Below are positions 11,173 to 24,361 of a DNA stretch of 64,000 nt, in pieces. The position numbers were made by a program, and so were the translations under genes. The DNA lies in assembly GCF_052425735.1 (NCBI RefSeq), contig NC_135758.1, positions 32,860,001-32,924,000 of the forward strand, given 5' to 3'. Within the stretch, counting starts at the first letter, position 1. Each line of letters opens with the position of its first letter. Below the pieces are notes generated by a model. The model was not told the DNA's origin. It did not search any database and saw only the letters and a program-made list of their open reading frames with translations. The stretch is from Oculina patagonica. Taxonomy: Eukaryota.

Positions 11173-14100
11173 TAAGGTTGTAGCTTGCAGTTATGTCTAA
11201 AGCATGGTTTATACTAGCGACATAACATCAACATAACTACATAAAGAAAAATTAAGTTTTTCTTTATGTCAATGTGCTTATGTCATTAAATTCCTCCTAC
11301 AGCCGAACCTCTATTAATCAGGGTCTCAAAGGGGTTTAGGGCTCCAGGCTAAAAAATGCAGGACTCCAGGGCTCCATATCCTCTGCTTTCGGGCTCCGGG
11401 CTCCACAATGCATGCACTAAAAATTATTTTGCAACACAAAATCGAGTCCGCAAATTAAAACGTCTGCAATTCTGACCAGTTTTCATGAGTTTTTTAAACC
11501 CAAGAAGCCGGTTCTCATGTCTCCAACTATTAAAAGGGAACTTGAATATCACTAGGCCATGGAGCGGATCAGATTTCTATGCTCTATGTGACCGAAACTC
11601 GAGGTATCATCTTGACATCTTTCACGTGGCGTTGATCTTTGGTCAAAGCTAAGATGAATTCTGCCTTGCTGTTGTTTCGTTTAAATCCGAAATGAGTGCA
11701 TCAAGCGGGTGAAAAGAAGCTGATCTGCTTGATGCAACCGTCTGTTTATATAAACTGGGGGCAGACAAGGCCTGCCATTGTTGGAGTGTGATGTTAAAAC
11801 GTGAGCGAACGGCTACATCAAACAAACAAAATGCAGTCATAAAACAAGAAAAATGCAATCTAGGATCGCGAATGATCAAATTTCAAAACGCTGGGTTCTG
11901 GGATCCGCAGAAAATTTCTTTGGGCTTCAGGCTCCACAGGCAAAAAAGGATCAGGGCTCCAGTCAGTAAAATGATCGGGCTCCGGGCTCCAAAGCAGAAA
12001 TTTCAGGGCTCCAGTGACCCCCCCTTTGAGACCCTGAATAATCAGAAACAAGTTTTGGTTCGAGTAATAATCTATGCAATAGACTTGAAAGTGCATTTAA
12101 TATTGATAATATAGAGACAGTACTGACCTGGCTTTGCCCTTCACAATACAGTAAGGCACACCCATTTTCCTGCACAAAGCTGGCAGCCACACAACAAGCT
12201 GAAAAAAAAAGAATTGGTGAAATCATCTCTAAAGATTTCTCTTCACTTTGCTCCAGAATTCACTCCAGAATTCCTCACTCCACTACAACTTACCTCAATA
12301 GGGTCAACATCATGACCGATGACCACAAGTTGTGCTTTCTTGTTTTCCACAAGACTAGTCACATGATTAAGACCATATTTGATCACAACTGGCTTCTTGC
12401 CTGCTGGTTCTTCCTTGCCCTCTGCTTTCTTTTCAGCCTTGGCTGTGAGACGAGCTTTCTTCTCAGCTTTAGTCTCTGGACGATACTTGTGCATTAGCTT
12501 AAAAAGCTGGGTAGCTAAAGTGGTAAAAAGTCAGTTAATTCTCTTTGAAAAATACATCAGCTACACTTGAGCACAGTGTGACTTGAAAAGTGAAGCTGTC
12601 ATATCCTTGTCTCGGTTCTTTTGTCCCTTAAGAATGTTTGCCCCGCTTGTTTGGGTTATGCATCTACAGGCAGTTTACATTGTATGGACAGTGTCATAAC
12701 ACATTACTCAGTATCTTACTGATCAGTTACCAAACAAAAATAATTGACCTAAACCAAGCCAACTGTAAGTAAATAATGTAAGCATCTTTAAAAGACATTA
12801 TTCTAACAGACTACATTTTATTTTGAAATCCTAGCACCACAAACCTAAGATAGCATGAGCAAACAGACAACATTTTGCATGCAACTACCAGTTCACATAG
12901 GCGTACGAGGTGGGGGGGGGGGGGGGGGCGAGGGGGGCTGCAGCCCCCCCAGTGCCAAAATTTTTCGGGCAAAATGCTTAGAATTCGGGCAACAAGCCTA
13001 GAGGAAGAATAGAAAAAAAGCCGACAAATCTCAACATTACGTTCGAAACGAATTACATCTATAGAAAAAAGTATTGAAAATATACTGAATTTTGTAGTTC
13101 AAAAGTCCAAATTTCTCATTCATCTGTTTTCGTTTTCTCTCGCAAATTGCTATAATCATGGTCAATTTTTCGCGCAAATTTTGCATGACCCCTCAGTTTG
13201 ATTTAATTGCAATCACCTTTTCCATAGCTTGCGGACTTTGAGAAAGTCTATTTTTTTTTCGGGCAATAAGGTGTCCGCCCCCCCAGGTCCGAAGGTGCCT
13301 GTATGCCAATGCCAGTTCAGAGAAAACATCCTTTCATGGTGAATTGGTAATGGTACTGCACGCTAACCTCTGATAGGGTTGCAGAAAGTTGTCTGCACTA
13401 AGCGTCATTTTACTGTAAGAAAACTCTATGTAAGACGGACACCTCTCTACGACGGACAACGGACACTATGAAACAGCCAACGGACACGCACAAAAAGTTA
13501 TTTTTAAGTGAATAATACTTCAAAACTTGTTATCGACATATTGCATAGTAGGTCAGTGCCTTTAGAATACCAAAATACCGCTAAAACGCATTACTTCTTT
13601 TCTTAAACTTGTATATGGGCACCAAAAATTTAGTTTTCTATTTACAGTATTAGCGTTTGATATTATTTTTGTTCCACTTTATAGGTTTTGCTTACGTAAG
13701 GGACTAAAAACAGACGTTTATTCATTGTGCATAGCCGTTAAGCTTCATCGTCTCAAAATTTCTGGTGTCACGTTACCTCGACTCTCTATGAGGCGGACAG
13801 TTCGGCCAGTCCCGACAGTGTCCGTCTTAGAGAGAGTTGACTGTAATCATAGCAAAAAAAAGAAGAATTTACTACATACCAGTTTGTTTGTCCAGTGTCT
13901 GTGTAAACTGGTTAATTGAGGGAGGAACCTTTAAACGCTGGTAAAGAACACTCTTTTGCCTTTGAAGCCTGATGTATTTTGGCCATCTGACAAATCTGCT
14001 CAAGTCCCGTTTGGGCTGGATATCCCCACCTAAATGTCAACAAAAAAACACTCTTCTGTGACTTAAAATCTTTACTCAGTTGTGTGATTGGTTAAAAATG

Positions 14101-16060
14101 TTTTGCAAAATTTGCAAATAGCTTGCAACAGCTTTCAGAATGATCAAATGTAAACTCACCCTAACACAGTTAAAATAAATACTATTAAGTATAATCCACA
14201 CAAGTGAATAGTGCTTTTCTCGCACACTGGTTGGTTAACTCTGAGGTGATTAGCAAAGTACTATTCACCTCCGAGCAGCTAAAGAGAAATAAACTGCCTT
14301 TGTGCGTCGTTTTGATTACCCAAAGTGATGTTTTGGTCTGCCAGTTATTCAACTTGTGTGGTATAGAGTAAAACAATTATTCACCTCAGTGCTGATGAAT
14401 GTGGTGGATATTTACCTCCACTTCGGTGAATTGTTGATTATTATTTTTTTTAATAACCATCTTACCAATGCCAAAATTCCTTGGCCTTTTCTCAATGAGA
14501 GGGTTTACAACCTTTTTAGGGGCAGGTTTTGATGCGGTGTAAGGGGCAGGTGCCACCTTCTTGACCCTCTTTACTTTAGGCTGCCAATCAAACAAAAGTG
14601 TGTTAGTGGCTTTCACGAAAATAACAAGATAGGTTCACTTGCATGAACAAAATCGAAAGTAAATAAATTTCAGAGTAGGTAAAAAGGAACTCTGATTAAA
14701 CTCAGACTCCTCAAAAAGACATTCCAAAAGTTAATTATTGGTGTAATATTGTCATCCCATATTGGGACCGCCACTTAGCTGCAGCAAAGTGTACAAGATA
14801 TAATCAAACCAGGCCCAGGTTGTTCAAATGATAGTAAATGCTAACCAAGAGATTAATTATAATCAGATAGATATTAAAGTAGGTTTTGTTAACACTTATC
14901 CACTGGATGGGCTAGTGTTGCAAGAACTTGATTATTTTATATAGACCTTTCCTTTATTTTGTATTTATATTTTGAGAAAGCAATATTTTGGTCACAACAA
15001 ATGTTGAACTGTTTACAATAAAACTGGATGTTATACATATCACAAATGAAAAAGGCTTACGTGTACATGTATAACAATCTCAGTAATGCACCTATCAATG
15101 TTCCCGGGGGGGGGAGGCGGGCAAAGGCACGGGAGACAACAGACGCCCCTCTGTCGGGCTGACGAGTGCGTCCCGGGGGTTGGGACATTGACTTTGACCG
15201 GGAGCGCCTGGATCCCCGACGCGAACCGCCCTCTCGTGGTTGGAATCAATGCTCATGCAAGGACATTCGAGTTTTCATCGCATATCTGCCACTTTTAACG
15301 CCATAGTCAATAGCGAAAGTTACTTCAAGACATGGAGTAGCGGAGCGCGACCGAACCACGGTTGATGACAAATCGTAAGGATGGGACTTGACTGCCCCGG
15401 TGGGCCAGGACGAACCCACCCCGGGAAGACTGCAACGTCACCCCCCGGCCCCCCCCCCCCCCCGCGGATACATTGATAGGTGCATAAATCCAAGTATTAG
15501 GTTTAAAAACCATTCATAAACAAATTGATCAGAGACCATTTTCCGATTTCCTGGATAATATAGATCGGAATCAAAACACACTTAAACACCTGAAAGCTGA
15601 AATATTTCGCATCTGAAAAACTGACACTGAATACTATCGCCAATACAAAAACTCACGTGCAAAATTATATCCTCTTCGATACTTTAATGTGGAGGAAAAC
15701 AAACCAACATAAATATCCAAAAACATATGAACAAAGAAATGCAGAAAAATGTCATACAATTTAGCCTTATTTTGATTTGAGGTAACAAGCCAATTTAATC
15801 AAGATAAAGCTATTTATAAGTAAAATGCTCTTTCTACAACTGAACAAATGTGGACGAAAACGATGAAAAGTCGCGAGACATATATATCGACAACAAAGTC
15901 TAAATTGAAGCTGTATTCACTCGACTGAAGTAAAAATAAGTTGTCAAAAGGGTAGGTCACATATTGGACGTTGGTTTATTAGCTCTCAAGAAGAGAAAAA
16001 ACTTAAGATGGCCCAGATATAACATAGCTTGTATTACTATAAAACCTTGGGACTTACCAT
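10179..16060 (-). CDS. RPL7A: 60S ribosomal protein L7a (eL8/Surf-3), 6 coding exons (16058-16060, 14466-14580, 13880-14029, 12294-12514, 12128-12198, 10179-10404)
   Basis: [63 protein letters not shown]; the spliced frame totals 786 nt. Confidence 0.97.
10703..11172. mobile_element. MITE in RPL7A intron
   Basis: TIRs cagggctcgagactaac / gttagtctcgagccctg; internal ctagcca repeats. Confidence 0.7.
11319..12036. mobile_element. MITE in RPL7A intron
   Basis: TIRs cagggtctcaaagggg / cccctttgagaccctg; subterminal gggctcc repeats. Confidence 0.7.
12896..13311. mobile_element. hAT-type non-autonomous element with 8-bp TSD
   Basis: ccagttca at 12888-12895 and 13312-13319 flanks imperfect TIRs cataggcgtac / gtatgccaatg. 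Confidence 0.7.
15084..15487. mobile_element. MITE in RPL7A intron 1
   Basis: TIRs atgcacctatcaatgt / acattgataggtgcat around a GC-rich core. Confidence 0.7.
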
Positions 16061-16242
16061 CTTTTTCGATGGCGGACGAAGAGGAAGGTTGCAGTGGCTC
16101 TTGGGAATTTCACTCAATACCCACAATACCGCGCGCGGCGTGACAAAAACAAAATGGCTGCCAACTGCTGACAACTTTTTCAAGTAAACTAAAACTTTCT
16201 GCCCTATTTATCCATAGAACGCGAAGTCATCGTATACTTTAG
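16061..16242. promoter_or_regulatory. RPL7A/MED22 bidirectional promoter region
   Basis: 5'TOP/TCT-like pyrimidine tract ccttcctcttc on the minus strand (16078-16088); YY1-like AAAATGGCTGCC at ~16151; probable MED22 non-coding exon donor at ~16242 and acceptor at 16414. Confidence 0.65.
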
Positions 16243-16433
16243 GTAAATATATATATTTAAAACGAGTAATTCTATGGATAAATGATAAAAATTTGCTGTA
16301 AATTCAATTTTAATCCTTTGAAATACTGTATGTATTGTAGTAAGCTTATAAACATAATTCTGGTCTCGTGATGTCGAATTAAAATCTTGATGAGCACTTT
16401 CTTTATTGTTTTAGGCTTGGGGTTTCGCAGGCC

Positions 16434-19400
16434 ATGGCACAACCAAGCAGAATTTTACCCCAAAGTAAAGAGACTCTCCTGAAGTCTTACACTAAACGCC
16501 TGAAGGATGATGTAAAGTCAATACTTGATAACTTCACAGAAATTGTTAAATCTTCCAAGGTACATTTTACACTAGCTGTCATGCGTGTGTTTTTATGTTT
16601 TCTTAATGGTAGTCAACTTACAGGTGTTATTATTAAACCAAATGTTTGTTGTTCAAAGGTTGAAAATGAAACTCAAGTATCTCGGCTAACACAGTCTGCC
16701 CAGGATCAGTATGAAGTAAACGTCAGGGCTGCTAATATTGTAAGTTTGTCAAGTGTGAGGTTGAGCACAACATAGAACCCAGTCTGTAGAGTATAGCAGA
16801 AGTCAATGAGATCCCGCGTGCACCACGAGGGGTGCACATACCGCTGAAGAGGTCTATCTTCACAAAGATAACCCAAGCTCCCTCTGGAAGATTATAAATC
16901 GGGTCATACCATCCAGAGTCAAGGAAAGACCGACCTATTCGAAAGACTTAAAATCTATAGCAGACGACTTTAATATCTTCTTTTCCTCTGTTGGGAAAAC
17001 TGCTGCTATAGCTTCTTCAGAGCTTGCACGTGAAAACAACATCGCTCTTCCGAGATCCTCGCCGGTTAATATAAGACCACACCCACAAGAGCTCTTTAAT
17101 CTTAAGTGTGTCTCACTTGAACACGTGTGCCGTATAGTTCTATCGTTACCATTAAATAAGTTTCCTGGACCAGACAAGGTGAGCATGCGTGTTATCAGAG
17201 ACTGTCTTCCGGTGATTTTGGGTCCTTTGACGGAGATCATTAACTGCTCTCTATCCACCAACACCTTTCCAACAGCATGGAAATCAGCGGAAGTAATACC
17301 ATTACTTAAAGAAGGTGATCATGAAGTGGCGTCTAACAACCGCCCCCTGTCTCTTTTAAGCGTTGTTTCTAAAGTACCGTATTTTCTCAATTAGACGCCC
17401 CCGGCGTTTATTTAAAACTTGGCTCCGTGGATCCGGCGTTTATTTGAATGGTGCAGTTTATTCGAGCAAAATGTTTATTAAACAAGGGTTTTTAATCATT
17501 ATTTATGACATGAATGTATCTTGCCATCATACCTAAAGCATGTTACACCTCAAATAAATGCCTAAAAGGCTTAGGTACCACTCTACCTTGGAGACCCAGC
17601 GTTTATTCGGGGCCCGGCGTTTAATCGAGAAAATACGGTATGCGAGAAAATAGTTTTTGAACAGTTTACCAACTATTTAGTGAGTAACAACCAGCTAACC
17701 TCCCATCAGAGTGGAAACAAGAAATATCATTCTATTGAGACACTTAATGTATTTATTACGGATTCAATATTAGAAAGCATGGACAAGAAGCAGCTCACTG
17801 CGCTAGTATTGCTCGACCTCTCAAAGGCCTTTGACAGTATTAACCATATACGTTTACTACAGAAATTAACAAACATTGGCGCATCGCCTGCAACAGTGGA
17901 ATGGTTCAAGAGCTATGTATCAAGTCGCTCCCAGTCAGTACGCATCCAATCTACACTGTCAGAGCCACTACTGTTAACACATGGTGTACCTCAGGGTGCA
18001 ATCCTTTTGCCACTTCTTTTCTGTATATACCTTAACGACCTACCTGGTCTATCCCTTTCCTGTGGCCTCGAATCGTACGTCGACGATTCAAAACTATACC
18101 TATCCTTTCCTATGCCTGACATTGAAGAAGCAATGCAGAAACTTCAGCAAGATCTACATGAAGTTGCAACGTGGTGCTGTGAGAACGATTTATTAATAAA
18201 TCCGGATAAAACCAAATTTTTACTCATTGGTACCAGGCAGTTGATGGGCAGACTTGATCTACTCCATCAGTCTCTTTTTTCGGCAAGCGCCTTCATCCTG
18301 CAGCATCTGCCATGGATTTGGGTGTGTCCCCAGACCCCAACCTTACTTACAACAACCATATCTCCAGAGTTGTATCTTCATGTTTTTCTAAGCTTTGTCA
18401 GATAAACAGAGTAAGATCAAGCTTCGATGCTAAGACCTTGGAAATGCTCATTAAGTCTTTAGTTTTTAGCAAAATGCTATATTGCTCGACTGTTTGGGCA
18501 AACACGTCATCCTCGAACATAAAAAAACTCCAGCATGTCCAAAACTTTGGTTACAAAATTGTTACCAACTCAAGGAAGTACGACCACGTGACTCCACTTC
18601 TCCGTCAGCTAAACTGGGTGCCTTTAAAAGAACAACTAGCCTTTAGAGATTTAGTATTAATGTACAAATGTCTAAATAATTTAGCACCCAGTAAATTTAA
18701 GCAACAAGTTTTGTAAAAGGTCTGATGTTCATGGACGAAAAACCCGCCAACACCAGAGCTTGCAAATTCCACTGTTCAGGACCGCAGCAGGCCAAAGAAC
18801 ATTTACATACAGAGCGGTAAACCTATGGAACAGCCTTGATATTGAAATCAAAAACGCTAACTCTCTGTACTCTTTTAAATCAAAGCTTAGGAATCATCTT
18901 CTTTTAAACTTTTAATCATTATTTTATTTAGTTTTCAATTTTATTTGTAAATATTAGTGTTAAGTAGATTTATTTTTTATTGTAAATAGTTTCTGAAAAG
19001 CCCTATGGGGAGATTACTATAATAATTAAAGTTCTTATCTTAATTCAGGAACTCGTGTGTGCATGGTTAATGTCTTGATGATGATGTCGCCTGCAATGAG
19101 GGTAGCAAAGGGTTTATGTGTGACACGTGAAAAGGGCAAAAATTAGTCCGTAACGTGTGAAAATAGGGCAAAAATTATACCATGACGCGTGAAAATAGCT
19201 AGAAAAGACGTGTTTCGTGAATTCTGCTGTTTCAAGTATACATGAGGCTTGAATTTGGTTAAAATTTGTACGTGAAACGGGATCACGACACCCCCTTTGC
19301 TACCCTTTGCAATGCTGCAAACTGGTGTGTACAATGAATATTTAGAAAAAAGGCTCGCATATGCACTTACCATACTCTGCAGACTGGCATGAAACTCTTA

Positions 19401-19803
19401 TCAGTAGTTGTAATTGGCTGTCATGACTGGCAACTGCAGTAAACATGACCCACAACAGCATAAAGGAGAGGCCACGCATTTTAAAAATTAATGTTTGGGT
19501 GGGTGGAAATTTATTGGTGGGTTATGAAAAGCTATACCACATACTTTAATGTCTAATAAGATAATATTTTCTATTGCTTTCCAGGTTAGGGCAGGAGAAT
19601 CTCTAATGAAGCTTGTGTCAGACATGAAGGAGTTTCTCATCTTGAATGATTTTCCATCAGTGAACACCAACATCTCTGAACGAAGCAACGCTCTCCAGGA
19701 GTTGACCAATCAAACAGATCAACAACTTTTAAACCTCAAACAAGACTTTGCTCTGAATTTATTTGAACTGGAACAATCATATTTCTCATCTAGTTACAGA
19801 TAA
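16434..19803 (+). CDS. MED22: Mediator subunit 22 (Surf-5), 3 coding exons (16434-16559, 16659-16739, 19585-19803), 141 aa
   Basis: [32 protein letters not shown]...[33 protein letters not shown]. Confidence 0.96.
16855..19040 (+). mobile_element. 5'-truncated, frameshifted CR1/L2-type LINE (RT domain) in MED22 intron 2
   Basis: GPDKV...[11 protein letters not shown]...[47 protein letters not shown]; AT-rich 3' tail; ends approximate. Confidence 0.9.
17377..17638. mobile_element. MITE (CCGTATTTT termini, TA TSD) nested in the LINE
   Basis: Removing the element and one TA restores the RT frame SKV-CEKIV. Confidence 0.85.
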
Positions 19804-20763
19804 CCAGCTCCTATATTTGTGACTACAGCTTTAGTTTAATAGGTAGCAAGTAACTTGTTTCAACGTTTTTGCTGCTATTCTTGCTGATTTTTCCTGTGGA
19901 AGCCTTCATCCAGGAAATGTCAGCAGCATGGGAGGTCAAGTTCTTTTCAAGTTTTGTCCCATTCAAATGTGTTGCAGTTGTCCCGCATTCATGTGTACAA
20001 TTTCTTCGCAGGTAGTGTATATAGGGAAGAAGTATCCAAGAAGTTTGGAAGGCTCCCCTTTTAGGTTAAAATGGAATGAAGGAGGGGAGGGGAGGCCGCA
20101 TGTCACCTACCTTAACTTGTATGATGGATGAAATGGCACTGTGGATACCCTTTGAGTTTCAGAGTAGAGTTTGCGTATTTCACAACTGTCGCAATAAATT
20201 TTTGTGAATTGATACCTTGTGTCTGTTATAAAATTAAGTCACTTAGTTTTCAAGATTTTGCCTGCATAGATTAATGTTTGGAAACAAATAAAGTGCCAAA
20301 GTTATAATGGACTTTTTGTGACAGGGTGATACATGTTTTGTACAGATGATACGTGGTGTAATGGGGTGATAGATGGGTATTACAGGGTTTGAAAATGTAA
20401 AATACATGGTGTTTAACTGTAAAATTTTTGAATGCAGGACAATGCAGTGGCAAATCTTAAGCTTTCATTTTAGATAAGAAAATGTTCTAACTTTATTTTG
20501 TCCTTATAATTCAACTTTATCATAGCAAAGAGCTTTGTTGTCAAGGATTTAATTTGTTCATTTTATAGCCACCAAGGTTTTATTAGCCACTTTCACATAA
20601 AAAGCCACTCTTTTGCATATAACTAGACAAAGGAGATGGGAAAACAATTACTAGTATCAGATAACACTTTAATAAATAAATTCAAAGTTCAATTATTTAT
20701 TTACAGTAATTACAAAATATATCAGTATCCATAACAATAAATAAATAAGTAAACAAATCCTAG

Positions 20764-20886
20764 AAAGCACATGTACATAATTCAAATATCTGATATCTAT
20801 ACTGCCAAAGACCTTTGCTTAATCACTTTTCTTTTCCTGACCCAGTTATGTTTTGCTCTGTACTAAAGCAGAAAAGAGATTAAATT
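20764..20886. repeat. Left copy of a 123-bp direct repeat (putative TSD of array 2)
   Basis: Identical by eye to 24362-24484. Confidence 0.92.
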
Positions 20887-23800
20887 GTCGTTTGATTATT
20901 TCAAGCGAAGGAATAGTCCCAACGCTGTGGGATGCCATTAATGATATTAAAACCAAAAAGTTTCGGAACTCAGCAGGTTTTAATATTTCGGCTTTTAGTG
21001 TTTATGTAAGTTACGGATGAAAAACTGCAACAACGATCAGAATGAACCGCCGAGTGAACAGCCCAACATGTGCATAAGCGCACGAATGGTCTGAACAAAC
21101 AGACTGAGCAGACGAAGGTCGAAAGTGCAGAAAACCATCCATAAGACTGATTGACTAGAGAGTTTACTGACTTGATGGTAAAAAAAATCCTAATAGTTAT
21201 GTTTGTGTAAGAAACAGACGCAATGACTGGCTATGGTGGTTTACTTAGTAGTGATCTGCTGTCCTTATTTAATTTTATCGCTTAGGCAAACTACCATTTT
21301 TATTTTAATCAAGGAATTCATAATAGTGAGCTCACTAAAAGTTTTTCTTGGATCGGAGTAGATTGTCATGAAAGCTCAGAAAGTCTGTCATTCTCGTCAG
21401 GGGCACAGTGACAGACCCGTTAGAGAGATTATTATTTCGCGAAGATTACGCTAGAAAACAGGATAAGCGCGCGCGGGAAGACGTTACATCGATCTTTCTA
21501 TCCGTATTGTAACGTACCGTTAAACTAAAAGCCAAATCAGGGTAAATCTCTCTAAACCACGTTTCAAACTGTGGTACCACAGCTGGCCCTACGTGGCTGA
21601 GCTGACTGTTATCAATCTATACCGATGAAACGTTTACAAAATGTTAAAATAAGGCAAAAATGAATGACATAAGTTTTAAAGTTCGTTGAATGTGTTTCGA
21701 ATTGATGATGAGATTATATCACTTAAAAGTGCCGCAAACTATTAAAATAAGCTTTCGCAGCTGTCTTTAACCATTGTTGTTTGGATTAAAGTGGTAAATT
21801 GTTTTTGATTATTTGAAGCGTGGTTTAGAGAGATTTACCCTGATTTGGCTTTTAGTTTATCGATACGTTACAATACGGATTAAAGATCAATGTAACGTCT
21901 TCCCGCACGCGCTTATCCCCTTTTTTTTTTCTAGCTTACTCTTAGCGAAATAATTATCTCTCTAAGGGGTCTGTCACTGTGCCCCTGACGAGAATGGCAG
22001 ACTTTTTGAGCTTTCATGACAATCTACTCCGATCCAGGAAAACTTATTAGTGAGCTCACTATTATAAATTCTTCAATTTAACTAACAATGGTAATTTACT
22101 TAAGCGATAAAATTAAATAAGAACAACAGATCACTACTAAGTAAACCACCATAGCCACTCATTGCGTCGGTTACTTACACAAACATAACTATTAGGACTT
22201 TTTTCTTTACCATCTATAGCTAGTCAGTAAACCCTCTAGTCAGTCAGTCTTATGGATGGTTTTCTGCACTTTCAACCTTCGTCTGCTCAGTCTGTTTGTT
22301 CAGGCCTTTCAGGTGCTTATGCACATGTCAGGCTGTTCACTCAGCGGTTCATTCGGATCGTTGTTTTTGCAGTCTTCATCCGTTACTTACATAAACAGTA
22401 AAAGCCGAAATATTAAAACCTACTGAGTTACGAAACTTTTTGGTTTTAATATCACAAATGGCATCCCACAGCGTTGGAACTATTCCTTCGCTTCAAATAA
22501 TCAAAAACAATTTTTGGTTTTCCTTTAATCCTAACAACAATGTTCAAAACATAGCTGCGAAAGCTTATTTAGTTTACGGCACTCATTAGTAATATAATCT
22601 CATCATTTATTGAAAACACATTCAACGAATTTTTAAAACTTAGGTCATAACATTTTGCCTTATTTTAACATTTTGTTAACGTTTCATCGGTATAGATTGA
22701 AAACAGTTAGCTCAGCCACGTAGGGCCAGCTGTGGTACCACAGTTTGAAACGTGGTTTAGAGAGATTTACCCTGATTTGGCTTTTAGTTATCGATACGTT
22801 ACAATACGGATAAAAGATCAATGTAACGTCTTCCCGCGCGCGCTTATCCCTTTTTTTCTAGCTTACTCTTCGCGAAATAATTATCTCTCTAAGGGGTCTG
22901 TCACTGTGCCCCTGACGAGAATGGCAGACTTTCTGAGCTTTCATGACAATCTACTCCGATCCAGGAAAACTTATTAGTGAGCTCACTATTATAAATTCTT
23001 CAATTTAACTAACAATGGTAATTTACCTAAACGATAAAATTAAATAAGAACAACAGATCACTACTAAGTAAACCACCATAGCCACTCATTGCGTCGGTTA
23101 CTTACACAAACATAACTATTAGGACTTTTTTCTCTACCATCTATAGCTAGTCAGTAAACCCTCTAGTCAGTCAGTCTTATGGATGGTTTTCTGCACTTTC
23201 AACCTTCGTCTGCTCAGTCTGTTTGTTCAGGCCTTTCAGGTGCTTATGCACATGTCAGGCTGTTCACTCAGCGGTTCATTCGGATCGTTGTTTTTGCAGT
23301 CTTCATCCGTTACTTACATAAACAGTAAAAGCCGAAATATTAAAACCTACTGAGTTACGAAACTTTTTGGTTTTAATATCACAAATGGCATCCCACAGCG
23401 TTGGAACTATTCCTTCGCTTCAAATAATCAAAAACAATTTTAATCCTAACAACAATGTTCAAAACATAGCTGCGAAAGCTTATTTAGTTTACGGCACTCA
23501 TTAGTAATATAATCTCATCATTTATTGAAAACACATTCAACGAATTTTTAAAACTTAGGTCATAACATTTTGCCTTATTTTAACATTTTGTTAACGTTTC
23601 ATCGGTATAGATTGAAAACAGTTAGTTCAGCCACGTAGGGCCAGCTGTGGTACCACAGTTTGAAACGTGGTTTAGAGAGATTTACCCTGATTTGGCTTTT
23701 AGTTATCGATACGTTACAATACGGATAAAAGATCAATGTAACGTCTTCCCGCGCGCGCTTACCCCTTTTTTTTTTTTCTAGCTTACTCTTCGCGAAATAA

Positions 23801-24361
23801 TTATCTCTCTAAGGGGTCTGTCACTGTGCCCCTGACGAGAATGGCAGACTTTCTGAGCTTTCATGGCAATCTACTCCGATCCCGGGAAAACTTATTAGTG
23901 AGCTCACTATTATAAATTCTTCAATTTAACTAACAATGGTAATTTACCTAAGCGATAAAATTAAATAGGGACAACAGATCACTACTTAGTAAACCACCAT
24001 AGCCACTCATTGCGTCGGTTACTTACACAAAGTAACATTAAACTATTAGGACTCTTTTCTTTACCATCTAGACGTCAGTAAACCCTCTAGTCAGTCAGTA
24101 TTATGGATGGTTTTCTGCACTTTCGACCTTCGTCTGCTCAGTCTGTTTGTTCAGACCTTTCACGTGCTTATGCACATGTCAGGCTGTTCACTCGGCAGTT
24201 CATTCGGATCGTTGTTTTTGCAGTCTTCATCCGTTACTTACATAAACAGTAAAAGCCGAAATATTAAAACCTACTGAGTTCCGAAACTTTTTGGTTTTAA
24301 TATCACAAATGGCATCCCACAGCGTTGGAACTATTCCTTCGCTTCAAATAATCAAAAACAA
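20887..24361. mobile_element. Unclassified repeat family, array 2: inverted ~0.93-kb unit (20887-~21819), forward partial unit (~21820-22510), two forward ~925-bp units (~22511-23437, ~23438-24361)
   Basis: Same sequence family as 2538-5663; both ends carry the same terminus (...ctattccttcgctt[c/g]aaataatcaaa) in inverted orientation; flanked by the 123-bp direct repeat. Confidence 0.88.

Noticed and set aside
14670-14760. Box C/D snoRNA candidate in RPL7A intron 1 (GGGATGA...CTGA, minus strand)
   Set aside because: Non-canonical C box and only ~8 nt of possible rRNA complementarity
21104-21135. Hammerhead-like ctgagca-gac-gaag-gtc-gaaa-gtgc in the repeat unit
   Set aside because: The core lacks G8, there is no NUH triplet, and array 1 copies read ccgagca
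22891-22932. HDV/CPEB3-like ribozyme (ggggtctgtca...gcccctg...gaatggcagac)
   Set aside because: There is no room for P3/L3 or P4; a simple hairpin explains the pairing
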